A stretch of 64,000 bases of DNA. Source: Xylographa opegraphella. Taxonomy: Eukaryota. The position numbers and the translations under genes are program-made. The stretch lies in the NCBI GenBank assembly GCA_022813865.1, contig JALDZX010000029.1:186001-250000 (forward strand), written 5' to 3'. A model generated the notes under the pieces. The model saw only the letters and a list, made by a program, of their open reading frames with translations. It searched no databases and was not told where the DNA came from. Below are positions 62,800-64,000 of this stretch, one piece after another. Numbering within the stretch: the first letter of the stretch is position 1; each line of letters begins with the position of its first letter.

Positions 62800-64000
62800 C
62801 TAATCAACTTTACCCGTTCCCCCACCGCTCAATAGTCCTTCCTTGCCATCAAGCTGGAAGAACCCTCCGTTGGTACTGCCCTTGGTCCTTCGTATCCTGC
62901 CGCGACCCCAGTACGCTAGTAGAACCAGAGCACCCGCGCAAAGGCCGAGGGATAGCCAGGGATGAGTGGCCGATGCACTCCGGGCCTGGTAGAACGTGCG
63001 TTGGACGGCACCGGTGGTGTACTTTGGCGAGATCTTGGGAGGATCATAGATAACTTTGGTGAGAGTCTCCAGGATTGAGGTACGCGAGGGGACGATTGGG
63101 GCACCGGAGGCTGTGGTGTCCCAATACCGTTTGTTCTGCTTCGATGTCAGCCGCGGTACTCACTTGGGTACAATTTGTGAAGGTACTTACGTCCTCGTCG
63201 TTGATGATGACTCTCTCTCCATCCTTGACTTGGATTCCGTACGTCGTCCTTATCCATCTTTCCCAGAATACACCATCAACCCATGCGAAACCGACTTGCT
63301 TTCTGTCCTCTTCGCTGATATCGATCACAATCGTCTTGGCTTGACGTAGCGCCCTTTGATCGTTACGGTCCTCGGCTTCCTCGATCCGAAGCTGCTTGGC
63401 ATCCCGCTGCTCCTGTCTCTCCAACTGGAACGCGTGCGTCTCACGGTCCATCCATTCCAGTGCCGCGTTCTTGATTTCACGCTTGTCGAGGCTGAACTCA
63501 TCGGAACGTTCTCGCGACAGAATTCCAAGAACAACGACACGACCATGCATGATCTCACGCGAGTTGGTTGCCGTGAGCTCCGGTACGATGGGTAGCCAGA
63601 CAGTCTGCATCCACTCAAGTACTCTGCGGTAATCTCGCATGTCTTTAGGAGCCAATGCATTATAGTAGCTAGGTCTACCGTCTCTTGACACAACCAGTCT
63701 CGGCCAGGTGTGGATCTTGAATCTGTCAGACAGTACAGAACTGTCTGTCTTGACGAGCTTTGCATGTCCAATCAGGCTCAGCGTTATTCGGTCGAGTGCT
63801 GCAAAGTCTTCAGGCGTAGTTGCATGATCATAGAAATACACAAAGATGACTTCTTCAGTCTCTTCCATCTCTTTGAATGTTGCTGCATCAACATACTCGA
63901 CGCCCATCCCGATATCTAGGGCTTTTTTTGCATAGCTTACGAGGTCACCTAATCCTCGCAAGCCATCATACTCAACACGTTCGCCGCCACGGAAGAAGTG
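62800..64000 (-). CDS. Membrane-anchored protein disulfide isomerase-like protein (Eps1-like), 3' part
   Basis: Thioredoxin-like tail FFRGGERVEYDGLRGLGDL, VIFVYFYDHATT, a coiled-coil and FAWVDGVFWERW. After one intron come a TM segment and the C-terminus GKVD. The CXXC site is outside the window. Confidence 0.8.

Overview
Gene-dense, intron-rich nuclear DNA of a filamentous ascomycete (Pezizomycotina; short GT-AG introns with CTRAC/CTAAC branch points). The lineage cannot be fixed from this window alone. About 24 protein-coding genes can be supported, including: MSC7-like aldehyde dehydrogenase (cut by the left edge), an orphan secreted Cys-containing protein, GH5 hydrolase, peroxisomal FATP-type acyl-CoA synthetase, glutamate decarboxylase, FMP46-like protein, a ~2,370-aa low-complexity RRM protein, DBF2 kinase, REC8, ankyrin-BTB protein, the divergent FTR1-FET3 iron-uptake pair with four SreA-type GATA boxes, PBS2, SUR2, TCTP, RPS30, RAD55-like, MOSC protein, OLE1, EXPERA protein, QCR10 and an EPS1-like PDI (cut by the right edge). 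There is also a decayed crotonase-family pseudogene. No tRNA, rRNA, CRISPR array or intact transposon was recognised. The most striking observation is a 53-nt intron in FET3 with AT...AC ends but major-spliceosome (U2-type) internal signals. It must be removed to produce the HCHIEWH copper site and the membrane anchor. REC8 also needs a GC-AG intron and has weak donors, and a small Myb/HTH-like gene missed by the ORF track is proposed at 1.4-1.7 kb. All exon boundaries were inferred by eye from splice signals and reading frames.
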